From: an uncultured candidate division Zixibacteria bacterium
Lineage (GTDB): Bacteria > Zixibacteria > MSB-5A5 > GN15 > PGXB01
Assembly: GCA_963702205.1 (NCBI GenBank)
Contig: OY969724.1
Coordinates: forward strand, 96,001-160,000
DNA length: 64,000 nt
Reading direction: 5' to 3'
Shown here: positions 1 through 8,363 of the stretch, one piece after another
Layout: the number at the start of each line of letters is the position of its first letter
Position numbering within the stretch: the first letter of the stretch is position 1
Notes under the pieces: generated by a model
Databases searched by the model: none
The model's input: only the letters and a program-made list of their open reading frames with translations
Told to the model about the DNA's origin: nothing
Made by a program: the position numbers and the translations under genes

Positions 1-10
1 TGGTAAAATC

Positions 11-316
11 ATGACTGAAAAAAGTGATATTACAAAAAGATATGAAAAAATGTTTGAGAGAATGAAAAACATGCCTCATCATAGTTCTATTTTAAAAACG
101 TTGCTTGAAATTACATATGGCAAAGATAAATCATACGAAGAAATGGAAAAGGAATTTCATAGCAATCCAGAGATAGTTGAGAAAATACTTCAGAATATCG
201 ACAAGCTAACTGAAGGAACAGAGAATGAAGAGATTTATCAGAAAGAATTGGATGCTAATCCTGAATATGTTGCTTTCATGGAAAAAATTATAAAACAAAT
301 AAATGATAAAAAATAA
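11..316 (+). CDS. Hypothetical cassette protein (101 aa, charged)
   Basis: ORF stops 3 nt before an attC R'' box; no recognisable family. Confidence 0.6.
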   Translation: MTEKSDITKRYEKMFERMKNMPHHSSILKTLLEITYGKDKSYEEMEKEFHSNPEIVEKILQNIDKLTEGTENEEIYQKELDANPEYVAFMEKIIKQINDKK

Positions 317-319
317 AAT

Positions 320-450
320 CTATAACAATCGCATCTACTACGACCGGGCTATTTTTTACGCTTTTTTTACTCTTTGCTAACTATCAACCTTCGAGTCTTT
401 AACAAGGTAAATAGGTATGCACCGCCCGGCCTGTAATGCACACGTTGGCG
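320..450 (+). other. attC site (131 bp)
   Basis: R'' ctataac 320-326, R' gttggcg 444-450; arms gcatctactacgaccgggc / gcccggcctgtaatgc. Confidence 0.85.
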
Positions 451-742
451 TGCTGGAAAAGCAGAATAAAAAGAAGGCCATGGTGACAGAGGGAAGGCAG
501 TTGCAAATAACATGTAACTCAAAGGCGCGAGAATTGATCTGGAAATAAAAAGGTAACAAAAAACAAAGGAAATCCATTCCCCGGAAATTCCTTTGAAATT
601 AAAATAAAAATACTTGTCCGCCTTTGGTGGAATATAGTAAAAAGAAGCATCCAGAAACACAGTATTCAAAAAGCACCAAGTCTTTAAAAGTCAGTAATAG
701 AAAGTAAGCAGTCAAAAACAAATTAAACAGGTTGGCGGCAGC
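451..742. other. Cassette with no plus-strand ORF (A-rich)
   Basis: Bounded by gttggc (444) and complementary gccaac (741-746); only unconvincing antisense ORFs. Confidence 0.55.
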
Positions 743-866
743 CAACAAACAAAGGATTAGTAACCGATGCTTGAGGAACGAAAGCTCGGTACTAATCCAG
801 GGTTCAACAAACAAAGGATTAGTAACCGATGCTTGAGGAACGAAAGCTCGGTACTAATCCAGGGTT
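743..866 (+). repeat. Perfect 62-bp tandem duplication of an attC-like hairpin
   Basis: Units 743-804 and 805-866 are identical; internal arms ggattagtaaccga / tcggtactaatcc between AAC and GTT. Confidence 0.85.
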
Positions 867-948
867 CAAGAAGGCGCGGAGTAATCAAAGGGGACGTCCA
901 TGAAAATATGACTTGACACAATATTTCTATTTTTAGTACTCATATTTT

Positions 949-1296
949 ATGCCTCGCCAATCAAGAATAGACGCTCCAGGCGCTCTTCATCATATAATGA
1001 TAAGAGGTATAGAGCGTAATGATATATTCAAAGATAATAAAGATAGAGACAATTTTATAGAACGTCTTGGCAGTATAGTAAAAGAGACATCTACCTCCTG
1101 TTTTGCGTGGGCACTACTTTCAAACCATGTTCATCTTCTGTTAAGAACTGGTACAGATTCGATATCAACTGTAATGAGAAGACTTCTAACCGGATACGCG
1201 GTTACATACAACCGCCGACATAAAAGACATGGGCAACTTTTTCAAAATAGATATTGTAAAGCGGGACGCTCTTCATTATTACAGTTGACAGACTGA
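949..1296 (+). pseudogene. HUH/Y1 (RAYT-like) transposase, 3'-truncated by a nested element
   Basis: MPRQSRIDAPGALHHIMIRG start, NHVHLL HUH motif; homology breaks after GQLFQNRY at the inverted repeat near 1262. Confidence 0.85.
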
Positions 1297-2357
1297 TTGT
1301 ATAAGATTAAATTGTCCTCATGCCAAGAACAGCGAGATTTGACGCCCCAGGAGTATTACATCATGTAATGATCCGCGGGATAGAAGGACGAAACATCTTT
1401 CGTAACAATAAAGATCGTAAAGATTTTATTGAAAGACTTTCTAAGCTCTGCCCCGAGATGAATATAAAATGCTATGCATGGGTATTTATGTCAAACCACG
1501 CCCATTTTCTTATCCGAACAGGCGGATACCCATTATCTAGATTTATGAGGCGCCTTCTTACAGGGTATGTCATAGGGTTTAACCTCAGACATAAGAGACG
1601 GGGGCAGTTATTCCAGAACCGATACAAATCCATAGTATGCCAGGAAGATTTATATCTACTTGAACTGGTTAGGTATGTTCATCTGAACCCTGTTCGAGCT
1701 GGAATTGTTAATACCCTTGATGAATTAAAGTTGTACAAATATTGCGGTCATGGGGCGATAATGGATAGCTCGAAATATGATTGGCAGGATATTGAATATG
1801 TCCTGGGACATTTTTGAAAGAATAAAAGAAGAGCCAGAGAAGGATATGAATCCTTTGTTAAAAAGGGATTAAATCAGGGCCGAAATAGTGAGTTGACCGG
1901 TGGTGGTCTTATACGAAGTCTTGGAGGTTGGATAGAAGCAAAAGAAAAACTAAAAGCCGGTGCTCATATCATGAGCGACGAAAGGATACTGGGAGATTCT
2001 GATTTTGTTGATTTAATGATCTCACAATCTGAAGAAAGCTATGAAAGAAAACACAGACTGAAACGGCAGGGGTATGATCTGGAACGTATAGCGGAAGGTG
2101 TTGAAGAAGTATTAGGTATTGAACAGGATGAGGTGTATTCCAGGGGGAGGCAGGAGAGGAAAGTAAAGGCAAGAAGTCTATTATGCTATTGGGCATCAAG
2201 GGAGTTGGGCATATCCCATACCACACTGGCTAAAAGACTGGAGATGAGTATATCCAATATAGGGTTATCAGTAGAGCGTGGGGAGTTAATAGCCAGGGAA
2301 GGTAATTATGCTCTTGAAAAGCCAGTTTAAGATAATGAAATAATGAAGAGCGTCCCG
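1262..2357 (+). mobile_element. Y1/RAYT-like transposable element with 19-bp terminal inverted repeats
   Basis: cgggacgctcttcattatt (1262-1280) and its exact reverse complement aataatgaagagcgtcccg (2339-2357) flank the transposase gene. Confidence 0.8.
1320..2330 (+). pseudogene. HUH/Y1 (RAYT-like) transposase with C-terminal HTH, interrupted by an in-frame TGA at 1815-1817
   Basis: NHAHFL HUH motif, RYVHLNPVRAG catalytic Tyr motif; ORFs 1320-1817 and 1893-2330 share a frame that is open between them; ERILGDSDFV motif and HTH-like tail. Confidence 0.85.
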
Positions 2358-2368
2358 ATTTACGATTT

Positions 2369-2527
2369 ATGGATTTCATTGAGGCTAATCATTCTCCGAT
2401 GGAAATTTGGAGAGTGCTAAGAGGAAATAATCGACTTGATATTAATCTTCGAGATGAATTTATCTCTTTGGTACAACAATTGAGAGAAGAGGTTAAATTG
2501 TGGCTTAATCACGTTGAGCTGCTATAA
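2369..2527 (+). pseudogene. 3' remnant of a gene truncated by the Y1 element, possibly qatC
   Basis: 52-codon open frame (..VQQLREEVKLWLNHVELL*) starts at the element end and stops 9 nt before the TatD-like gene; qatC identity is inferred from context. Confidence 0.4.
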
Positions 2528-2536
2528 ATACACGTT

Positions 2537-3250
2537 ATGTATATCGACACTCACTGTCATATTGATATGTTCGACGATCCAATCTCTATGGCTAAAGCCT
2601 ACGAGAAATCCCAGACCATTTGCGTTATGGCCACAATGCTACCGAGCCATTACACGATGGCTTTGCCCCATGTTGTGGCGTTTAAAATTATTCGTCCAGC
2701 CTTGGGCCTTCATCCTCTTAGAGCCATAGAGGGTAATTCTGAGGTTTCTATCTTTCTTGACATTGTTAGATCAGTCGAGTTCATAGGCGAAATAGGACTC
2801 AATTTGTCCACTGAAGGAAAGAAAAATAAAACGTTGCAAATTGATATGTTGAGAAAGATTTTGCCGGCAATTGGCAAGGGAAAATTTGTCACTGTACATA
2901 GCAGAAATGCCCATAGTGAATTAGCAATGCTCATTGATGAATACGGTATAGGACCGGTTTGTTTTCATTATTTTACCGGTGGACAAGAAGCTGCAGCAGA
3001 ATTGGCAAAAATGGGGCATTATTTTTCTATTAATCACAGAATGCTTAAAAGCAGACATAGAACAATTCTTGAACATGTTTCAAAAGAACAAATTCTTATA
3101 GAATCAGATGGACCATTTTTAACCAAACGTCCTATATCTGTTGTTAAAAATATATATGAAGAATTAAGCAATATTTGGGGAATTGATCAAAATAAAATTC
3201 AAAACTTGATTACATTAAACTTTAAAAATTGTCGTACGATAGGATCATAG
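2537..3250 (+). CDS. TatD-family nuclease, QatD-like
   Basis: IDTHCH, ALGLHP, IGEIGL(N), VHSR, FHYF and LIESDGPF TatD motifs; short QatD-type N-terminus. Confidence 0.85.
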   Translation: MYIDTHCHIDMFDDPISMAKAYEKSQTICVMATMLPSHYTMALPHVVAFKIIRPALGLHPLRAIEGNSEVSIFLDIVRSVEFIGEIGLNLSTEGKKNKTLQIDMLRKILPAIGKGKFVTVHSRNAHSELAMLIDEYGIGPVCFHYFTGGQEAAAELAKMGHYFSINHRMLKSRHRTILEHVSKEQILIESDGPFLTKRPISVVKNIYEELSNIWGIDQNKIQNLITLNFKNCRTIGS

Positions 3251-3298
3251 TTCAAGTAACTGTAATCTTAATCTGGCAATTCTAAAGTACAGATTTTC

Positions 3299-3360
3299 CC
3301 CCAACAACGGCATTAAGAGCGACGGCAAAAATCCGCCGCGCCTTATGCCGAGCGTTCTAC
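3299..3360 (+). other. attC site (62 bp, canonical)
   Basis: R'' ccccaac, R' gttctac; arms cggcat[t]aag[a]gcg[a]cggc / gccgcgccttatgccg with three extrahelical bases. Confidence 0.92.
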
Positions 3361-3362
3361 CT

Positions 3363-4965
3363 CCCAAAACCCGCGATTGAAGAGATAAAAATGGAGTTAT
3401 AAATTGAAAAACCTCGTTGAATCAGGTAGATATGTGTAACGCCAAAGAAACACAAACTGAACCAACGAGGTGAAAAAGATGATACGACAAAGTCTTCTTC
3501 CATTCAAGCTAGAAATGACCAAAGATATGATAACTTCTCATGCAGGCCTGAGTCTGTTTGGAGAATTTGCGGTGGGCTTGGGCATATTAAAGACAGTAGA
3601 TAAATACTTACCAAAGCCTGGCAGTGGCGCTGGGTATAAAGCCTCAGAATATGTGTTCCCCATTCTATTGACATTAAATGGTGGAGGAAGAAACCTGGAG
3701 GACACTCGAGAGATAAGAGGGGATGAAGGGATGCGAGAGATATTACCATTAGACCGAGTTCCTTCATCAGATGCTATAGGAGATTGGTTACGTAGGACAG
3801 GACAGAATGGTGGTCTTGAAGGGCTTGGCAAAGTTAACAGGCAACTATTAAAGCGAGGCATGAAGTATGATGGTCTCAAGGGGTATACTCTTGATATAGA
3901 TGCAACAGGGATAGTAGCGGAGAAGGAATCGGCAAAAATGACCTATAAGGGATTTAAGGGTTATATGCCGATGGTTGGTCATATAGCAGAAAATGGATTG
4001 GTATTGGGAGATGATTTCAGGGAGGGTAATGAATCCCCTGGAGGGAGAAACCTTGAATTTATTAAATACTGTCGTCGTCAACTTCCGAAGGGTAAAGAAG
4101 TTAAAGCATTCAGGTCTGACAGCGCCGGGTATCAGGCTGATATAATAAATTACTGTGAAAAAGAAGGGATTGAATTTGCTATAGGCGGTGATTTAGACGC
4201 AGCAGTATTAAAGGTGATAAATAATATCCCGGAAGAGGATTGGCGCACCTATAAAGGAGGATATATAGCTGAAGCTATTCACACTATGAATAAGACTGAG
4301 AACAGTTTCCGTCTTATAGTGATCCGCAGGCCCTATCAGCAGAATATGTTTGAAGAAGAAGGTGAGAAGGTAAAGTATACTGTAATAGTAACTAATAAGT
4401 TTGAACAAGCGGAAAGGGTAGTGTGGTGGTACAATCAGCGTGGCGATTGTAGCGAAAACCGAATAAAGGATCTCAAGATAGGGTTTGGTATGGAAAGAAT
4501 GCCTTGTGGTCAGACGGAAGCCAATGCTGTATATTTCAGAATAGGCGCTCTGGCATATAATGCATACCGGCTTTTTATCCTTAAGGCACTTGGTAAAAGC
4601 TGGCACCATTATCAGGTTCAAACGGTCAGATGGAGATTGTACCAGATAGCCGGAAAGATAGTATTTCATGGTGGCCAGATTTATCTCAAAGTGAGTAGAA
4701 GCTTCTTTTCATTGTTTGACGATATTCGTCTAAGGATATGGGAGTTTGCAAACACCTAGAAGGTAGAACGGATATCCTTGGAGAATAATAACTTAAAGGG
4801 TGAGGTGTGTCTGAAGCAAAGGTAGATTGCCTTTGTCTCAGTTATGATGGTGAATCAGCACCAGCTCCCGGCAAAAAAAGATGTAGCGCAGACCCTCTCT
4901 ACCCTTTTTTTTGGCTTGAATTATATATTCTAGAGACTTGTTCTATTTCAATCTCGGATTTTGGG
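3363..4965 (+). mobile_element. IS1380-family insertion sequence (1603 bp) with 5-bp target duplication TACCT
   Basis: Left end cccaaaacccgcgattgaa vs reverse complement of right end cccaaaatccgagattgaa (17/19); tacct at 3358-3362 and 4966-4970. Confidence 0.92.
3470..4759 (+). CDS. IS1380-family DDE transposase
   Basis: TSHAGL, TLDIDAT, YKGFKGYMP, RSDSAGY and YNQRGDCSENRIKDLK motifs. Confidence 0.92.
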   Translation: MKKMIRQSLLPFKLEMTKDMITSHAGLSLFGEFAVGLGILKTVDKYLPKPGSGAGYKASEYVFPILLTLNGGGRNLEDTREIRGDEGMREILPLDRVPSSDAIGDWLRRTGQNGGLEGLGKVNRQLLKRGMKYDGLKGYTLDIDATGIVAEKESAKMTYKGFKGYMPMVGHIAENGLVLGDDFREGNESPGGRNLEFIKYCRRQLPKGKEVKAFRSDSAGYQADIINYCEKEGIEFAIGGDLDAAVLKVINNIPEEDWRTYKGGYIAEAIHTMNKTENSFRLIVIRRPYQQNMFEEEGEKVKYTVIVTNKFEQAERVVWWYNQRGDCSENRIKDLKIGFGMERMPCGQTEANAVYFRIGALAYNAYRLFILKALGKSWHHYQVQTVRWRLYQIAGKIVFHGGQIYLKVSRSFFSLFDDIRLRIWEFANT

Positions 4966-4978
4966 TACCTTTCAATAG

Positions 4979-5012
4979 TTGACAAATACATTTACTGTTG
5001 TACAATTGTCAA
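4979..5012 (+). promoter_or_regulatory. Cassette-internal sigma70 promoter with palindromic operator for the TA pair
   Basis: ttgaca 4979-4984, 16-bp spacer, tacaat 5001-5006; ttgacaa...ttgtcaa inverted repeat. Confidence 0.6.
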
Positions 5013-5034
5013 ATATTACTTCTTGGAGGTATAT

Positions 5035-5427
5035 ATGGAGATAATAATTGATACATCAGCATTAATAGCCGTTATCGTTGGTGAACCGGAACGTGATATC
5101 ATAGTCGACATTACCGCTGGAAACAGCCTTATAGGGCCGGGCTCAATTCCCTGGGAAATTGGAAATGCCTTTTCTGCAATGTTTAAACAAAAAAGACTAA
5201 CAATACAGGAGGCTGAAAAAGGCATTGCAATATTTAAAAGTATACCTCTTCGTTATATTGAACCGGATTTTATCAATTCACTAAAAATATCAAAAAAGAC
5301 TGATATGTATGCTTACGACGCTTATTTCCTTGATTGTGCCTTGAGATATAATGCACCGCTATTGACATTGGATAAAAAGTTAGAAGCAATGGCTAATAAA
5401 TTAAATATACAAACATTGGAGGTTTAA
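5035..5427 (+). CDS. vapC: PIN-domain (VapC) toxin
   Basis: IIIDTSALIAV, WEIGNA, YAYDAYFLDCA and LLTLDKKL motifs; RBS ggagg before ATG 5035 (the track start at 4807 lies inside the IS). Confidence 0.9.
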   Translation: MEIIIDTSALIAVIVGEPERDIIVDITAGNSLIGPGSIPWEIGNAFSAMFKQKRLTIQEAEKGIAIFKSIPLRYIEPDFINSLKISKKTDMYAYDAYFLDCALRYNAPLLTLDKKLEAMANKLNIQTLEV

Positions 5428-5428
5428 A

Positions 5429-5647
5429 ATGCAGATATATACATATTCAGAAGCCAGACAAAAACTTTCCTCTGTACTTGAGCAAGCTGAAAGTACAGGT
5501 AAAGTACTAATCCGAAGAAAGGACGGTAGAACATTTGCATTGATTCCGGAGAAAAGTGCTAAGTCTCCATTAGATGTCCCTTCAATTAAAGCCAAGGTCT
5601 CTACACAGGAAATTGTAGATATTATCCGGGAAGGCAGAGAAAGGTAG
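5429..5647 (+). CDS. Phd/YefM-type antitoxin
   Basis: YTYSEARQKLSSVLEQAE..GKVLIRRKDG N-terminal fold; adjacent to the PIN gene. Confidence 0.85.
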   Translation: MQIYTYSEARQKLSSVLEQAESTGKVLIRRKDGRTFALIPEKSAKSPLDVPSIKAKVSTQEIVDIIREGRER

Positions 5648-5665
5648 AACAAATGCATCAACTAA

Positions 5666-6475
5666 GTGCGACAAGAAGTCGCCTTTATATATTGTTGGAC
5701 GAAGATCCAACCTGCTGTATCACCAGCAGTTTTATACTTCGGCGTGCATTATCAGTAATGATTTTGTGCGAAGCCCGAAGGACAATGTAGCCCTTGGCAT
5801 TATGCCTGGAGAGGGAATCATGAGAAGACCTCAACTCTGGAAGCACAAATCCGGATGGTAGCTATAAATGATGGTATGTGCAGCATATGCAAACTGTTGA
5901 TAAACGTCGTTATGCGCTAACAGGCTAAATGTGCTGACAAGCCTGGGCCAAAATGGCAAGGGGTATGGTTGGGCTGCTTTAGTTTCATCCCACGTGATCT
6001 ATGATTCCCCCGGCGGACAGACAGGCGCTAACCCATTGTGTATTAAAGGCGGAACTTGGTAAGCCCGTATTTCTCCTTTATTTTAAGGAAAGTTAACCGA
6101 TAGAAAGGAAGACCTATGGGAATGCGGGTAGATGAGGCTGGAGAAAGCGAATGCCAACCTGTAATGGGCTGGATACGGGTTCAAGATTTGCCCGGCTCGA
6201 AAGAGAGCAGACTTCCGGCACGGTGTTGAATCACGGGAAACGTTCTGGAGTGAATAACTGTACTGGTGTGGATGATGTATCATTTATGGTATTGACGGCC
6301 GTACAGGCTATGAAAATAGTATTCCAAAAGGCGCGTATCGTGAAGTCAGTAGAGATATATATCTTTCTGGCGGGTGTGTAACAATGCCTTATCAATGCTT
6401 GAGCCGTATGAGGCGAAAGTCTCAAGTACGGTTCTTGGGGGGCTTGGGGGTGGTAACATCCCCCGGCTACCCGAC
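5666..6475 (+). mobile_element. Group II intron (810 nt) with no intact RT ORF; AGC-triad domain V
   Basis: 5' GTGCG; domain V gagccgtatgaggcgaaagtctcaagtacggttc 6401-6434; domain VI ending ..ctacccgAC at 6475; removing it restores an attC. Confidence 0.9.
6151..6381 (+). pseudogene. Possible internally deleted remnant of the intron-encoded protein
   Basis: 76-aa ORF with RBS ggag in the expected domain IV position, ending 19 nt before domain V; no RT motifs (no YADD). Confidence 0.4.
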
Positions 6476-6586
6476 GACCGGGCTTTTTTTCTTTGCTTTT
6501 TTTATCACCGGATGATTATCAACCTTTTAATGTTTTTATGGTAAGTTCGTATGCGCGGCTTGTAATGCATATCGGGAGAGAAATAT

Positions 6587-7330
6587 ATGCCGAACAAAAG
6601 TAATCCACTGATGGATTCTCGTTTTTGCGAGTTTGAGCATCTTAAGATAGATGAACGTCTCGATCAATTCTCTGACCTCCTCAACACAAACAACGAAATC
6701 GAGATACGTAACCTTCTTGCAAATACTCTGCCCATATTGACGGAATCGACTAATGGGCAACACTATCTTGGAATATCCGAGTTCCGATTTGGTGCGAAGC
6801 ACACTGCGGATTTTGTACTTCTGTCTAGCATCAACGGTCCTGTATTAATAATGGTTAAACTTGGGCGTCCAAAAGATGTTCTTTTTACCAATAATGGGGA
6901 ACCTGAACAGGCTCTTAGTCTTGCAATAAGTCAAGTTGAGGACTGGATGGCCTGGATGCGAGAGAATCCTTCATTTTTGCGTCAGCACTTTTATTGTCGG
7001 GAATTCTACGAATGCGACTATTCATCGCCTCGTATTAAGACGCTGATTATCATCGGCAGACGCGGGGAGATGAGTCGAAGGGACATAGGGCTCTTACAGC
7101 AGATGAATTCTTATTATGATCGCTTGATACTAACTTATGATGCACTGATCGAAAGTACGATTCGCCTTACAAGATTTCGTCCTGGTATTCGCCTTCAGGG
7201 AAAGGCCTACTCACACAAAGATTTAATGCAGCTATGCGACACAATTGGATTCCAAAGTGTCATGAAATACCACATCCAACAATGGTATGGAGAAGATGCG
7301 GATGTCTTCCTTCCATGGTTAAAGGAATAA
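6587..7330 (+). CDS. Shedu (DUF4263/SduA)-like nuclease domain protein
   Basis: SEFRFG..ADFVL, ALSLAISQVEDW, LIIIGRR and ILTYDALI motifs typical of DUF4263. Confidence 0.75.
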   Translation: MPNKSNPLMDSRFCEFEHLKIDERLDQFSDLLNTNNEIEIRNLLANTLPILTESTNGQHYLGISEFRFGAKHTADFVLLSSINGPVLIMVKLGRPKDVLFTNNGEPEQALSLAISQVEDWMAWMRENPSFLRQHFYCREFYECDYSSPRIKTLIIIGRRGEMSRRDIGLLQQMNSYYDRLILTYDALIESTIRLTRFRPGIRLQGKAYSHKDLMQLCDTIGFQSVMKYHIQQWYGEDADVFLPWLKE

Positions 7331-7371
7331 TTCGTATAACTAAGTTAGTGGAAATAGGGGAAATAGGGGAC

Positions 7372-7494
7372 ACATAACCTCACCATCCACGGGATTCGCA
7401 GGGCCGGGTCGCTAAAGCTAAATCGAAGCTTGCTGTTAACGTGCCTTTAAAAAAGGCTTCGTTCCCCGTTCACTGCGGGGTTTGGGGGTTATCT
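7372..7494 (+). other. attC site (123 bp)
   Basis: R'' acataac, R' gttatct; gttatctg is the exact complement of cagataac at the end of the next cassette. Confidence 0.75.
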
Positions 7495-7529
7495 GCATTT
7501 AAACTCATACTAAAAATTAGGAGAATTAA

Positions 7530-8099
7530 ATGGATTATAAAATCACTTCAAATACAGCTCTTATCATAATTGATGTGCAACAAGGTCTTGACGACCCAAA
7601 ATGGGGGCAAAGAAATAATCCTGATGCAGAAGCCAACATATCACGTTTGATCAGTTTTTGGAGGAATGAAAAACGTCCAGTTATTCATATTCAACATTGC
7701 TCTGTTGAGTTAAATTCTCCTCTTCGGCCTAATCAGCCCGGGGTAGAATTCAAACCAGAAGCTATGCCTATTGAGGGGGAACCAGTTTTTAAAAAATCAG
7801 TCCACAGCGCTTTCATAGGGACTAAACTCGAATCATATCTTCGTGATAACAGCATAGAAGAAATTGTCATTGTAGGCTTAACCACCGACCAGTGTGTTTC
7901 AACAACGACTCGTATGGCCGGCAATCTTGGCTTCAAAGTGTTGCTAGTCGCAGACGCAACCGCTACCTTCGACAGGCAGGGCCCTGATGGGAAAAAGTAT
8001 AAAGCGGAAGATATTTTTTCTGTTCATATTGCCAGTCTACATGGTGAGTTTTGCAATGTGGTTTCAACTGTTTCACTCACAACACCTAAAAACAGATAA
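7530..8099 (+). CDS. Isochorismatase-family cysteine hydrolase
   Basis: ALIIIDVQ, K..HSAFIGT and GLTTDQCVSTT catalytic motifs. Confidence 0.92.
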   Translation: MDYKITSNTALIIIDVQQGLDDPKWGQRNNPDAEANISRLISFWRNEKRPVIHIQHCSVELNSPLRPNQPGVEFKPEAMPIEGEPVFKKSVHSAFIGTKLESYLRDNSIEEIVIVGLTTDQCVSTTTRMAGNLGFKVLLVADATATFDRQGPDGKKYKAEDIFSVHIASLHGEFCNVVSTVSLTTPKNR

Positions 8100-8155
8100 C
8101 GCATTCACACTGAGGGTACTCGCTACGCTCCTCCCACCGGTGATGCAGGTTATTA
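8094..8155 (+). other. attC site (62 bp)
   Basis: R'' agataac, R' gttatta; arms gcattcacac / ggtgatgc. Confidence 0.85.
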
Positions 8156-8275
8156 TTTATATCTTTATTGTGGACTTGATGATTTTTAGCAGTGTGCAAT
8201 TCAAGTTAGGAAAGCAGGCTTAAAATAAATTATTGGTATTGAAGGTGTCCACTGTTTGAGTCTTGGATCGAAAGC

Positions 8276-8332
8276 GCCTAACTGCTGCTGATGACAGCGT
8301 AAAAACCACGCCCATGAGCCGAAACGTTGTGT
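8276..8332 (+). other. Degenerate attC site
   Basis: R'' gcctaac, R' gttgtgt; weak arm pairing. Confidence 0.5.
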
Positions 8333-8363
8333 GTCGATAATATCCGCTTGACTTGATATCATA

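Larger units (their letters stand above)
5644..6580 (+). other. attC site split by a group II intron (5644-5665 plus 6476-~6580); R' degenerate
   Basis: Joined exons gaacaaatgcatcaactaa|gaccgggctttt..tatcaacctt..tgtaatgca closely resemble attC 320-450; the expected GTT reads GGG at 6574-6576. Confidence 0.8.

Noticed and set aside
367..814. Antisense ORFs 367-669, 377-577 and 599-814
   Set aside because: They run through attC hairpins and are F/L-rich only because the top strand is A-rich
743..866. CRISPR array
   Set aside because: Two directly abutting 62-bp units with no spacer, no cas genes, and attC-like structure
1815..1817. Selenocysteine readthrough of the in-frame TGA
   Set aside because: Not a Cys-type catalytic position and no SECIS-like hairpin follows; a GGA-to-TGA change or sequencing error is simpler
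4807..5034. 76-aa N-terminal extension of the PIN toxin
   Set aside because: It lies in the IS right end and the promoter; the RBS and PIN motif point to a start at 5035
5666..6475. Classical IIC-attC intron
   Set aside because: It has an AGC triad, a full-length domain V, the same orientation as the cassettes and a different insertion position
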